Assembly: GCA_004555955.1 (NCBI GenBank)
Contig: SFJG01000005.1
Coordinates: 628 to 64,627 of the forward strand
From: Bacteroidales bacterium
Lineage (GTDB): Bacteria > Bacteroidota > Bacteroidia > Bacteroidales > Muribaculaceae
DNA: 64,000 nt
Direction of reading: 5' to 3'
Shown: positions 48,201 to 57,402 of the stretch, piece after piece
Layout of the letters: each line of letters opens with the position of its first letter
Numbering within the stretch: position 1 is the stretch's first letter
Notes under the pieces: generated by a model
Databases searched by the model: none
Told to the model about the DNA's origin: nothing
Seen by the model: the letters and a program-made list of their open reading frames with translations, nothing else
Made by a program: the position numbers and the translations under genes

Positions 48201-49817
48201 GCGAATCGGGTCGATTGCCGGGTTGGTGACTTGCGCAAACTGCTGGCGGAAATAGTTGAACAAAATCTGCGGCTTCTCCGAAAGCACGGCGAGAGGCGTA
48301 TCGTTGCCCATCGACGCCGTAGGCTCGGCACCGTTGACACACATCGGCGTGATAGTGCGCTCGATGTCTTCGCGCGTAAAGCCGAAGATGCGCAACATCT
48401 TGGCGTAGTCAGGCACGCGGTTTTCAACCTTACGACCGCTGCGAAGCGTATGCAGTTCGATACGGTTGGTCGACAGCCACTGGCGATAAGGACGCGCTGC
48501 GGCGAGTTGCTCTTTAAGTTCGCCGTCGTAATAGATTTTGCCTTCCTGAGTGTCGATAAGCAGAATCTTACCGGGCTGCAAACGACCTTTCTGCTTGATT
48601 TCACCGGGCTCGAAGTTGATAACGCCGGCTTCGGAAGCCACAACCATCATATCGTTTTTCGTTATCAGATAGCGCGCCGGACGCAGTCCGTTTCGGTCGA
48701 GCATACCACCGGCAAAGCGACCGTCGCTGAAGAGCAACGCTGCCGGTCCGTCCCACGGCTCCATCAAAATGGAATGATATTCGTAGAACGCTTTGAGGTC
48801 TTCGCTTATGGGATTTTTGTCGTTGAACGACTCGGGCACAAGCATTGCCATAGCGTGCGGCAGGCTGAGTCCCGACATAACGAAAAACTCGAGGACGTTG
48901 TCGAGCGAGGCACTGTCGCTCATGTTGGGTTGTATGATTGGACGTATCTTCTTAATGTCGCCCAGGGCAGGTGTCGACAACACACTCTCGCGCGCCTCCA
49001 TCCATGCGCGGTTGCCGCGGATGGTGTTGATTTCGCCGTTGTGAGCCAACAAGCGGAACGGCTGAGCGAGGCTCCATGTCGGGAACGTGTTGGTGCTGAA
49101 TCGCGAGTGCACCACTGCCAAGCCACTCGTAAAATACGGCTGTGTCAAGTCGGGATAGTATTCGCGAAGTTGCATCGACGACAACATACCCTTGTAGACG
49201 ATGTTTTTGCTCGACAACGAACAGATGTAGAAATCTTTGTTGTCGACGCGATTCTCTATTTTCTTACGAATTGTATATAACGTACGGTCGAAACCTTCAA
49301 CGTCGGTCACACCGGTAATGAACACTTGCTTGATGTCGGGCTCGGTAGCCAACGCATCTTTACCGAGTATCGACGAATTGACAGGCACGTTACGAAGGTG
49401 CATCAACGTCAAACCTTCGCGCTCGATTTCTTCAATCATCACGCTCAGTATCTGCGACTGCTCCTTTTCGTCTTTCGGTAAAAATATCAACCCGGTTCCA
49501 TATTTTCCCTTCTCGGGCACGGGGATACCTTGCAGCAAAATAAACTCATGCGGTATCTGCAAAAGGATGCCGGCACCGTCGCCGGTCTTGTTGTCGGCGC
49601 CCTCGGCACCGCGATGCTTCATGTTTTCGAGCACTTTCAACGCCTGGTCGACAAGTTCGTGCGACTTATCTCCATGAATGTTGACAAGCATTCCAACACC
49701 ACACGCATCATGTTCGTTTTCTGAATCGTATAGCCCCGCATGACGAGGCTGCAACGGCGACAAATCTTGCACCTTTCCCGGCGCAGTTTTCTCTAAAACG
49801 GCAGGATTATCTTTCAT
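45282..49817 (-). CDS. gltB: Glutamate synthase large subunit
   Basis: 1511-aa ORF with an Ntn amidotransferase Cys (DACGVG), followed by FMN/3Fe-4S and GXGXG domains. Confidence 0.97.
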   Translation of the reverse strand: MKDNPAVLEKTAPGKVQDLSPLQPRHAGLYDSENEHDACGVGMLVNIHGDKSHELVDQALKVLENMKHRGAEGADNKTGDGAGILLQIPHEFILLQGIPVPEKGKYGTGLIFLPKDEKEQSQILSVMIEEIEREGLTLMHLRNVPVNSSILGKDALATEPDIKQVFITGVTDVEGFDRTLYTIRKKIENRVDNKDFYICSLSSKNIVYKGMLSSMQLREYYPDLTQPYFTSGLAVVHSRFSTNTFPTWSLAQPFRLLAHNGEINTIRGNRAWMEARESVLSTPALGDIKKIRPIIQPNMSDSASLDNVLEFFVMSGLSLPHAMAMLVPESFNDKNPISEDLKAFYEYHSILMEPWDGPAALLFSDGRFAGGMLDRNGLRPARYLITKNDMMVVASEAGVINFEPGEIKQKGRLQPGKILLIDTQEGKIYYDGELKEQLAAARPYRQWLSTNRIELHTLRSGRKVENRVPDYAKMLRIFGFTREDIERTITPMCVNGAEPTASMGNDTPLAVLSEKPQILFNYFRQQFAQVTNPAIDPIREELVMSLTEYIGAVGMNILVPNETHCKMVRLPHPVLTNTQLDILCNIRYKGFNTVQLPMLFDVAGGEAALREALNNLCRKAEESVDEGVNYIVLTDAGVDETHAAIPSLLAVSAVHHHLISVQKRVQTALIVKSGEIREVMHAALLLGYGASAICPYMAFAVLDDLVARGDVQMNYETAEKNYIKAICKGLYKVMSKMGISTIRSYRGAKIFESIGLSDDLLKTYFGTSSSTIGGIHLAEIARDYIKFHDAGYACTDADVLPHIGQFSFRKDGEKHAWNPETISTLQLATRLGSYKKFKEFTAAVDGKAQPIFLRDFFQFKRNPISIDEVEPVDNIVKHFVTGAMSFGAISKEAHEALALAMNELGTRSNTGEGGEDSDRFTADVNGVSLSSKTKQIASGRFGVTTEYLVNAEEIQIKVAQGAKPGEGGQLPGFKVNEIIAKTRHSIPGISLISPPPHHDIYSIEDLAQLIFDLKNVNPKAKISVKLVAESGVGTIAAGVAKAKADLIVISGAEGGTGASPASSMRYAGISPEIGLSETQQTLVLNGLRGQVRLQTDGQLKTGRDIVSMALLGAEEFGFGTTVLIVLGCVMMRKCHQNTCPVGVATQDPKLREHFRGHYKYVVNYFRFLAQEVREYLAEMGYRHFDDIVGHTELIELKPAAPGSKASLLDFSKMLYRVPGTAAVHNVMEQRHDIATVKDVAMIAAAADALESQKEVSLEYAIANTDRSVGAMLSGAVAMRYGNAGLPEQTINVKFKGSAGQSFGAFLAHGINFKLEGEANDYLGKGLSGGRISVQPPVRSNFDAEKNTIAGNTILYGATSGEVYINGMVGERFAVRNSGAIAVVEGVGDHCCEYMTGGRVVVLGDTGRNFAAGMSGGVAYVWDRNRNFDYFCNMEMVELSLLEDSTARKELHELVRQHYLYTGSQIARTMLDNWNRYIDEFIQVTPIEYKRVLAEEQMRKLRQKIAEVQRDY

Positions 49818-50055
49818 ATTCTTTCCTGTTTTTGTTTATTACTTTCAATTTACGCTGCAAAGATATAAATAACTTTCGTTTTTCAATACATAATTCGGAA
49901 AAATTTTCTTTTTGCTCGAAATTTTGTGTTTTGTTAGAAATTTGCCACCATATAACACTCTACATTAATATACAAAAAAACTGCCCCAAATTCACATCTG
50001 AGACAGTCCTATTATAAAGATGTTAAACCCTATTAATTCTTTAGGAAATAGATGA

Positions 50056-50463
50056 TTATTTACAGCATTTACCAACCATCACTTTCTTCAAAGTCTCTTC
50101 GTCGACCGACTTGAAGTTTTTGTAAGTAGCGGGATAGCCTGTTACTGTAACACTCTTGATTTTCTTACCAAGCAAACCTTGTCTCACGTAAACCTCTTGT
50201 TGCGATTCAACGAGAACGTCTGCGTTGCCGTTCATGCGAAGAGCCTCTGCAATTGCGGCTGCCTTAACATTAGCTTCACCACCGCGACGTACTGAGTTCG
50301 TAGGATAGTAAGTGTACGAAATCTTGGTGTTCTTTACGTCAAGGTCAGCTGTTACTGCGGCTTCGATGTTAGAACTTACCGGTTGTGTACTCGATGTCTT
50401 TTTGACAGTTGTGCAAGATGCGCAAAGAAGGAGTAAACCTGCAAAAAATACAAATTTCTTCAT
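50056..50463 (-). CDS. Hypothetical lipoprotein
   Basis: MKKFVFFAGLLLLCASC lipobox. The protein is 135 aa and no family was recognised. Confidence 0.65.
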   Translation of the reverse strand: MKKFVFFAGLLLLCASCTTVKKTSSTQPVSSNIEAAVTADLDVKNTKISYTYYPTNSVRRGGEANVKAAAIAEALRMNGNADVLVESQQEVYVRQGLLGKKIKSVTVTGYPATYKNFKSVDEETLKKVMVGKCCK

Positions 50464-50731
50464 AATAATAAAAATTTACACATAGCCGAACAAAAATAAA
50501 AACTTCAAACGACCTCGGCTGTTAGCCGATTGAATTCGCTTACAAATATAAAACAGCGGGTCGACTTTTGCAAATCCCGACACACGACAACACGGCTATT
50601 CAAGCCGTTTTTCAGCGGGCGTGAGAGACAAATAGTTACTCAAACGAAACAAATAGTTTTGCGCAGAAATCAAATAATCACGAATTTCGCTTTTCGATGA
50701 AAAAAGCAAAAAAAATTCACTGACGCAGGCG

Positions 50732-53173
50732 CTATCGCAACGTAACAACCGTTATCCCCGCGCCGCCGAATTGGATATGCTCGTCGCGGTATGAGCGCAC
50801 GTCAGGCGTAGCGTTAAGATACTCACGAATGCGTTGACGCAAGATGCCGAACCCGGTGCCGTGGAGAATGCGCACCTCGCCGATGCCGAACTGCACGGCG
50901 TCGTCGATAAAGTAGGACACGGCTTGGATAGCCTCATCGGCGCGCATGCCGCGAACGTCGATTTCCTGCTTGAAGTTGAGCTGTCGGTTACGCGCTTCGT
51001 CGCTCACCGATGCCGCTACTGCCGACTTGCTTGTTGCCGTGGCGGTCTCTTTGCGGATTGTCTTTTTGAGTTTGTCAAGTTTGACGGTCGAGAGGAAGTT
51101 GCCGATAGCCACGGTTGCGTTATTGCGGTCGATGGCTGTAATGCGCCCCACGGAGTTGCTTCCATCGATGGTTACGTTGTCGCCAACGGAAAGCACTTCG
51201 GCAGGCTTCTCAACCGGCTTGTTCGGCTGCTTCTTTTTGTGACGAAGTCGCGCCTTGAGTTCGCGAATGGTCTCGTCGTCGGTTTCGCCCTCCGCCAATC
51301 GCTGCTTGAGTTCGTCAATCTGACGGCGAATGAGTTTCGTCTGCTCCTTCTCGGCTTGTGCGCGCTTGATTTCGTGGATAGCGTTTTCGATGGAAGCATT
51401 GCTGGTCGACACGATTTCTTTTGCCTCCGATTTCGCTTCGTGGATTATGCGACGACGCTCTTCGACGAGTTTCTCAATATCTGACTCATAGCGTTCGACA
51501 ACGGCGTCGAGGCGCTTACGCTCGCGGCGTATTTCGTCGCGCTTTGCCTCCCAATATTTACGGTCGCGCGCGATGTCCATCAGATATTTATCCAAATTGA
51601 TATATTCGCTACCGACGATTTCTTCGGCGTAACTGAGTATTTCGGCGGGGATGCCTATTTTCTTGGCAATTTCGATGGCAAACGAACTGCCCGGCGTGCC
51701 TATCGAAAGTTGGAAGAGCGGCTGCATCTTCTGACGGTCGTAGAGCATAGCGCCGTTGACGATGCCGGGCGTCGAGTTGGCGAAGTTTTTAAGATTCTGG
51801 TAGTGCGTCGTAATCACGCCGTAGACGCCTAAATCGTTGAGTTTGCGCAGTACGGCTTGTGCGAGCGCGCCACCGATTTGAGGCTCTGTGCCGCCGCCGA
51901 ATTCGTCGATGAGCACGAGTGTATGGTCGTTGCCGCGCTGCATAAAGAGTTTCATGTTCGACAGGTGCGAACTGTAGGTACTCAGTTCGTTTTCTATCGA
52001 CTGTTCGTCGCCAATTTCGATGAAAATGCTGTCGAAAATGCCGAAATGCGAGTTGCCATAGACCGGGGGCAACAGTCCGCATTGGAGCATATATTGCACA
52101 ATACCAACCGTTTTGAGGCACACCGACTTACCACCGGCATTCGGACCGGAGATGAGCAGGATGCGGTTGTCGCCGGCAAGGTGGATGTTGAGCGGCACGG
52201 TAGGCTTTCCCGCCTTGTTGAGCGCAAGCAACAGCACGGGATGCTTGGCGCCATACCATTCGATTTCGGGACGGCGAGCGATGTGCGGCATTTCAGCACC
52301 GATTTGGTCGGCGAAGAGAGCCTTTGCACGGACGAAGTCGAACACGCCGATTATGCGATAGAATGCCGCCAGTTCGGGCAATGCCGGGCGGATGGAATCG
52401 GTGATTTCGGTAAGGATTCGGACGATTTCACGACGGATATCCGACTCAAGTTCTCTGATTTTATTATTTTTTTCGACGATTTCGGAAGGCTCTATAAAGA
52501 AAGTTTTTCCGGTAGCCGATTCGTCGTGGACGATTCCGGCAACGCGGCGCTTATTCATCGCCGACACGGGCAGAACGAGCCGTCCGTCGCGCATCGCCGG
52601 TGTGGCATCGGCATCGAGAATGCCTTCGTTTTTGTAGCGCGAAAGCACGCGCGAGAGCAGTCCGTTGATGCTGTTGGTGGTCGACGCCAACGATGACCGC
52701 AGTTCGCGGAGCGTAGCCGACGCCGAGTCTTTGACTTCACCAAAGCGGTCGAGCGTGCGGTCGATGGTGGCAACTACGTCGGGAAACAGACTGAGCGACT
52801 CGGCAAGGCGCCACAACTCGGGATAGGCACGGCGGCGCTCATCGGTGAAAAAGTCGTGTATTTCGATTGCCGAACGCAGCGTTTTGCCCAGGTTGAGCAA
52901 CTCCGATTCGGTCAGAAACGTTCCCGCAACACGGGTGCGCTCGAGTTCTTCGCGAAGGTCAAACACGGCGCCGTTGGGCATTGCCTCGCCGCGATTGAGG
53001 ATGGTTTTATACTCGTTGACCTGACCGATAAGGGTCCTGATTAGGTTATAATTGGTTGTAAAAGCCATCGTGCGACACTTTTCCTTGCCGAGATTGTTGT
53101 TGCAGAGCGCGGCAACGTGCGCTCGCACTGCCGTAAAGCCTAACTTTTGCTCAATATTTTCGGGATAATTCAC
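50732..53173 (-). CDS. mutS2: Endonuclease MutS2 (MutS domain V ATPase + C-terminal Smr)
   Basis: Walker A GPNAGGKS, a long coiled-coil and a C-terminal Smr domain (DVRGMRADEA ... ILHGTGFGILR). Confidence 0.93.
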   Translation of the reverse strand: MNYPENIEQKLGFTAVRAHVAALCNNNLGKEKCRTMAFTTNYNLIRTLIGQVNEYKTILNRGEAMPNGAVFDLREELERTRVAGTFLTESELLNLGKTLRSAIEIHDFFTDERRRAYPELWRLAESLSLFPDVVATIDRTLDRFGEVKDSASATLRELRSSLASTTNSINGLLSRVLSRYKNEGILDADATPAMRDGRLVLPVSAMNKRRVAGIVHDESATGKTFFIEPSEIVEKNNKIRELESDIRREIVRILTEITDSIRPALPELAAFYRIIGVFDFVRAKALFADQIGAEMPHIARRPEIEWYGAKHPVLLLALNKAGKPTVPLNIHLAGDNRILLISGPNAGGKSVCLKTVGIVQYMLQCGLLPPVYGNSHFGIFDSIFIEIGDEQSIENELSTYSSHLSNMKLFMQRGNDHTLVLIDEFGGGTEPQIGGALAQAVLRKLNDLGVYGVITTHYQNLKNFANSTPGIVNGAMLYDRQKMQPLFQLSIGTPGSSFAIEIAKKIGIPAEILSYAEEIVGSEYINLDKYLMDIARDRKYWEAKRDEIRRERKRLDAVVERYESDIEKLVEERRRIIHEAKSEAKEIVSTSNASIENAIHEIKRAQAEKEQTKLIRRQIDELKQRLAEGETDDETIRELKARLRHKKKQPNKPVEKPAEVLSVGDNVTIDGSNSVGRITAIDRNNATVAIGNFLSTVKLDKLKKTIRKETATATSKSAVAASVSDEARNRQLNFKQEIDVRGMRADEAIQAVSYFIDDAVQFGIGEVRILHGTGFGILRQRIREYLNATPDVRSYRDEHIQFGGAGITVVTLR

Positions 53174-53245
53174 GCGTATTTGTTCTTTTCGGCAAAATTA
53201 CAAATAACCGCTAAGATACGCAAACGCGCGCCTCCGTCACTCGCG

Positions 53246-53377
53246 ATTTGTCGAAATCCGAGAAATAATTACCACTAAATTTGTCGAAATACGAGAAATA
53301 ATTATGCGTATTTTTGTCGAAATCCGAGAAATAATCACCCCTAAATTTGTCGAAATCCGAGAAATAATTGCAAAAAA
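53246..53377. repeat. Four exact-phase tandem repeats, period 33 bp (25-bp core + 8-bp variable)
   Basis: The core ATTTGTCGAAATCCGAGAAATAATT occurs at 53246, 53279, 53312 and 53345 with 1-2 mismatches. The array lies in the mutS2 upstream region. Confidence 0.85.
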
Positions 53378-53405
53378 AGATGCGCCTCCGCGGGGAAGCG
53401 CATCT
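53372..53405 (-). terminator. Terminator of the T9SS cargo gene
   Basis: agatgcgc / gcgcatct hairpin with A7 on the plus strand (a U-run on the minus strand). Confidence 0.7.
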
Positions 53406-53432
53406 CTATGAGTGTTATGCTAATGTCGATGA

Positions 53433-54986
53433 TTAACGAACGACAACTTTAGCAACAGTGTTAGCAACCTTTACGAGGTAGAAACCTGCGGGAACGTTAA
53501 CAGTCGATTCGCCGGCTGCTACGTTAGCAGATTTAACGAGTTGACCTGCAGCGTTGAATACATTAACCTTAGCGGCAGCGTTAACCGATACAGCGATACC
53601 GTTAGCAGTTGCGTGGATACCGTTAGCAGTTGCGATTGCGCTTACACCACCTTCCGGGTTGGGCACGCATGCAGCGTCTTTGAATTCGATAGGATAAACT
53701 TGGATAGTTGCAGGATTTGTACCCTTTTGATAGATAGCAACAGCAGCGATTACGTCGTATACGCCATCTTCAGGAACTACAACATCAGTCCATGCCTTTT
53801 GAGTAAAGTAAGGAATAGAACCACCGTCGGAAGCCAAAGTCTTGACGGCAACAGTCAAAGTTACGTTGTCGAGATAAACAACTTGGTTCATATCAGCAGC
53901 AGTGATTTCGCCGGGCTTCTTAACCAAGTCGGGAACTGAAACTTTCGAAGTAGCAGCACCGAATGTTGCAGCGTCGGGATAAGACATTTCGTAAAGACCA
54001 TTGTAGTTAACGAAGCTACCTTGAATACCTGCCGGGATTACGTCGCCGATATTGTAAGCCGGAACTTGGTTACCGTAAATAAGCATTGCGCTACCTGCTT
54101 CGTCCTTAACGTATGTGTAGTTCGGCATTTGTTTGATAACAGTAACGGGGAATGTCCACTTGTAAACTACAGAAGTAGATGCTTGAGATTCGCCTTCCAT
54201 AATAAATTCGTCGATGCTACCGCATTCTACCGGTGCAGCGATTTCGTAAGTTGCAGTTGCAACATCACTGTTGTCAAGACCGTTAGCCTTTGCATAAGCA
54301 GTCAAAGTGTGCGAACCAACTGCAGAAATAGCGATTGCTTCTGTGTAAGTTGTTTCAGCACCACCATCGAGTGTGTAAACGATTGTAGCACCTTCGGTAG
54401 TTGTCGAAAGTTCAACATTTACAGGCGAATAGTAAGTACCTTCAGCAACGCTGAATTTCGGAGTAGCACACTTGGTAACAACCGGTGCAGAGCCACCTTC
54501 GTATGTAACTGTGATGGTACGAATGTGGAATTGCGGCCACTTTCCGGCTTTGTTTTGAGCGTTGTTGATAGTAATCTTAACAGTTTCAACACCTGTGCCT
54601 GTCCATTGTGCTGTATAGGCGCTTTTCGGGTCGGCTGTGAATGAACCTGAAGATGTTGTATAACCGGAGTCATCGTCTGCTACAGTATAAGTGTAGTCAC
54701 GAAGGGTCATATCGATTTGTGTAATCTTACCACCTGCGGGAGCGGCTACTGTAATTGTGTTACCAGCATAGCAACGAACTGCAGTTCCGGAAGTGTAGTA
54801 CTTAGGAGCGTTTGTGCCTTCACCTTTTGCAAGTGTAACACTAACGCCTTCGGCTGTTGTTTGGGCAACTCCATCCAAATCTGTTTGATTTGCAAGGCCT
54901 AAAGCAGTATAGTCAAGCGTGCTGGTTGCAGCGCTGACCGTCATTGCGGCTACTAAAGCCATTGTAGAAAGTAAAAATTTCTTCAT
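53433..54986 (-). CDS. Secreted T9SS cargo protein with Fn3-associated/CHB_HEX_C-like module
   Basis: Signal peptide, a central ATPKFSVAEGTYYSPVNVELSTTTEGATIVYTLDG segment, and a C-terminal sorting tail ...VFNAAGQLVKSANVAAGESTVNVPAGFYLVKVANTVAKVVVR. Confidence 0.8.
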   Translation of the reverse strand: MKKFLLSTMALVAAMTVSAATSTLDYTALGLANQTDLDGVAQTTAEGVSVTLAKGEGTNAPKYYTSGTAVRCYAGNTITVAAPAGGKITQIDMTLRDYTYTVADDDSGYTTSSGSFTADPKSAYTAQWTGTGVETVKITINNAQNKAGKWPQFHIRTITVTYEGGSAPVVTKCATPKFSVAEGTYYSPVNVELSTTTEGATIVYTLDGGAETTYTEAIAISAVGSHTLTAYAKANGLDNSDVATATYEIAAPVECGSIDEFIMEGESQASTSVVYKWTFPVTVIKQMPNYTYVKDEAGSAMLIYGNQVPAYNIGDVIPAGIQGSFVNYNGLYEMSYPDAATFGAATSKVSVPDLVKKPGEITAADMNQVVYLDNVTLTVAVKTLASDGGSIPYFTQKAWTDVVVPEDGVYDVIAAVAIYQKGTNPATIQVYPIEFKDAACVPNPEGGVSAIATANGIHATANGIAVSVNAAAKVNVFNAAGQLVKSANVAAGESTVNVPAGFYLVKVANTVAKVVVR

Positions 54987-55191
54987 AATGAAAAATATTT
55001 AAGTTTATAGGTTTTTGCGCAAAAATAAAAATAAAAAATCAACTTACAAAATATTCATTGTGAAATTTTTATTACGCGGTTTTTTCGTTGCAAAAGAAGC
55101 GGTTTTTATTAGGATTTATAACCAAACAGACACAAAAAGCGTCTAACTCGCCTAACCATTCGCAAGTCGGCGCAAGTTTTTCGGCAAAAAA

Positions 55192-55223
55192 TTTGCCTGC
55201 GGTCGTTTTGACTTGTAACTTTG
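55192..55223 (+). promoter_or_regulatory. Bacteroidetes-type promoter of neuBCA
   Basis: TTTG (55192-95), 20 nt, then TAACTTTG (55216-23), 17 nt before the neuB ATG. Confidence 0.4.
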
Positions 55224-55240
55224 CAAACAAACTGACGGAT

Positions 55241-56245
55241 ATGAAACGAACAATCATCATTGCAGAAGCCGGAGTAAACCATAACGGCAATTTCAAACTT
55301 GCACTCGATATGGTCGATGCAGCGTGCCGCGCCGGTGCCGATTACGTAAAATTTCAGACGGCTAAGCCGGAATTGGTTATCTCGACATTCGCGCCCAAAG
55401 CGGAATATCAAAAAGAAACAACCGGCGAGGCTGAAAGTCAGTTGGAGATGTGCAAAGCCATCCACCTGCCGCTCACCGACTACAAGCCGCTCAAAGAATA
55501 TTGCGACATGATGGGCATCGGTTTTCTGAGCACGCCGTTCGACTTGGTGTCGATTGACGTTCTCGAGCCGCTCGCTATGGACTATTACAAGATTCCGTCG
55601 GGCGAAATCACCAACCTACCCTATCTTCGCAAGATTGCCGCGCTCGGCAGGCCGGTGATAATGTCGACCGGAATGAGCGAAATCGACGAAATCGAGCAGG
55701 CGCTCGACGTGCTTACCCGAGGCGGACTGAACCGCGACGACATCATCGTGCTCCATTGCAACACACAGTATCCTACGCCGATGAAAGACGTCAACCTGCG
55801 CGCCATGCTCGACATCCGCAACCGCCTGGGCGTTCGCGTAGGCTATAGCGACCACACCCGCGGAATCGAAGTGCCTATTGCCGCCGTGGCACTCGGAGCC
55901 GAAGTCATCGAAAAGCATTTCACTCTCGACCGCAACATGACCGGTCCCGACCACAAAGCAAGCCTCGAGCCCGACGAACTCAAAGCGATGGTCGATGCCA
56001 TTCGCAACATCGAATCGGCTTTGGGCGACGCCGACAAGCACGTATCGCCTTCGGAACGCCCCAACATCGTGGTGGCTCGAAAAAGCATCGTTGCCGCCCG
56101 ACCGATTGCCGCCGGCGAAGTGCTCTCGGAAGATAATATCACCGTAAAACGCCCCGGAAACGGAATCTCTCCAATGCGCTGGGACGAAGTGATTGGAACT
56201 AAGGCTATACGCGATTTCGGCTACGACGAACTTATAGAAATATGA
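55241..56245 (+). CDS. neuB: N-acetylneuraminate (nonulosonate) synthase
   Basis: The start was re-picked at MKRTIIIAEAGVNHNG (ATG at 55241). The protein has a C-terminal SAF domain. Confidence 0.9.
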   Translation: MKRTIIIAEAGVNHNGNFKLALDMVDAACRAGADYVKFQTAKPELVISTFAPKAEYQKETTGEAESQLEMCKAIHLPLTDYKPLKEYCDMMGIGFLSTPFDLVSIDVLEPLAMDYYKIPSGEITNLPYLRKIAALGRPVIMSTGMSEIDEIEQALDVLTRGGLNRDDIIVLHCNTQYPTPMKDVNLRAMLDIRNRLGVRVGYSDHTRGIEVPIAAVALGAEVIEKHFTLDRNMTGPDHKASLEPDELKAMVDAIRNIESALGDADKHVSPSERPNIVVARKSIVAARPIAAGEVLSEDNITVKRPGNGISPMRWDEVIGTKAIRDFGYDELIEI

Positions 56246-57402
56246 GAAAAGTTTGCATAGTCACCGGCACACGCGCCGACTGGGGCTTGCTCAGCGGCAT
56301 CGCTAAAGCGCTCGACGCTCGCAGCGACGTCGTGCTCCAAATTGTGGCTACCAACATGCACCTGTCGGCGAAATTCGGCAACACCATCCATGAAATCGTC
56401 GACGCAGGACTGACCGTGACGCGCCGCGTGCCTATCGACACCGACTCGGAAGGGCTGACAGCAACGGCAACGGCGATGGCACAGTGCACAAAAGGCATGG
56501 CTGAAGCCTTTGCCGAATTGCGTCCCGACTTGCTCGTAATCCTCGGCGACCGCTTCGAGATGCTCGCCACGGCAAGTGCCGCTTTGGTGATGCACATTCC
56601 CATCGTCCACATCGCCGGTGGTGCCATCAGCGAAGGCGCTTTCGACGAAAGCATCCGCCACGCAATCACCAAGATGAGTCACATACACTTGGTCGAAACA
56701 GAAGCCTATCGCCGACGCGTCATCCAACTCGGCGAAGACCCGCAACGCGTCATCAACACCGGAGCAATCGGCGTCTACAACATCCGACACGTGCCTCTGA
56801 TGAGCGTTGCCGAACTCGAAGAAAGCCTCGGCACCGACGTCCCGGAGAAATCGCTGCTCGTCACCTTCCACCCGGCTACGCTCGACGCCGAATCGCCGGT
56901 CGAGCAGTGTCGAAACATGCTGGCTGCCCTCGACGATTTTCCCGACTATAAAGTAATTTTCACTTACCCGAACAACGATACGCAAAGCAGCCGAATCATC
57001 AGCCTCATCAACGACTACGTCGACCGCAACCGCCGACGTTGCGCCGCCTTTGCTTCGCTGGGCATGCGCCGCTATCTGTCGGCGCTGCGCCGGGTCGCTG
57101 CCGTTGTGGGCAACTCTTCGAGCGGAATCGTCGAAGTGCCATCGTCGGGCATCCCCACCCTCAACATCGGCATCCGACAACGCGGTCGCATTGCCGCCGA
57201 GTCGGTGGTCAACTGCGGCACATCGCGCCAAGAAATCAGCCGCGGACTCGCCACCGTGCTTTCCCCGGAGATGCAACTTAAGGCGAAAACCGTGGTCAAC
57301 CCCTACGAAAAGCCCGACACGCTCGAACGTATGGTCAAGGCGATTGCCGAAACGCCCCTCGAGGGTATTCTTATCAAACCTTTTTACGACATAAATCAAT
57401 GA
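56242..57402 (+). CDS. neuC: UDP-N-acetylglucosamine 2-epimerase (hydrolysing)
   Basis: VTGTRADWGLL N-terminus, HIAGG and GNSSSG motifs. It overlaps neuB by 4 nt. Confidence 0.9.
   Translation: MRKVCIVTGTRADWGLLSGIAKALDARSDVVLQIVATNMHLSAKFGNTIHEIVDAGLTVTRRVPIDTDSEGLTATATAMAQCTKGMAEAFAELRPDLLVILGDRFEMLATASAALVMHIPIVHIAGGAISEGAFDESIRHAITKMSHIHLVETEAYRRRVIQLGEDPQRVINTGAIGVYNIRHVPLMSVAELEESLGTDVPEKSLLVTFHPATLDAESPVEQCRNMLAALDDFPDYKVIFTYPNNDTQSSRIISLINDYVDRNRRRCAAFASLGMRRYLSALRRVAAVVGNSSSGIVEVPSSGIPTLNIGIRQRGRIAAESVVNCGTSRQEISRGLATVLSPEMQLKAKTVVNPYEKPDTLERMVKAIAETPLEGILIKPFYDINQ

Noticed and set aside
46866-49280. 336-aa and 462-aa plus-strand ORFs (46866-47876 and 47892-49280)
   Set aside because: They are antisense to gltB and have no recognisable motifs. 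Long antisense ORFs of this kind are typical inside a GC-balanced, strongly codon-biased gene.
53246-53377. Possible mini-CRISPR array
   Set aside because: The spacers are only 8 bp, there is no cas gene in the window, and the repeats are not palindromic in the CRISPR manner.
56221-57399. 392-aa minus-strand ORF
   Set aside because: It is antisense to neuC, which carries clear epimerase motifs. The antisense product is low-complexity and Arg/Ala/Asp-rich.
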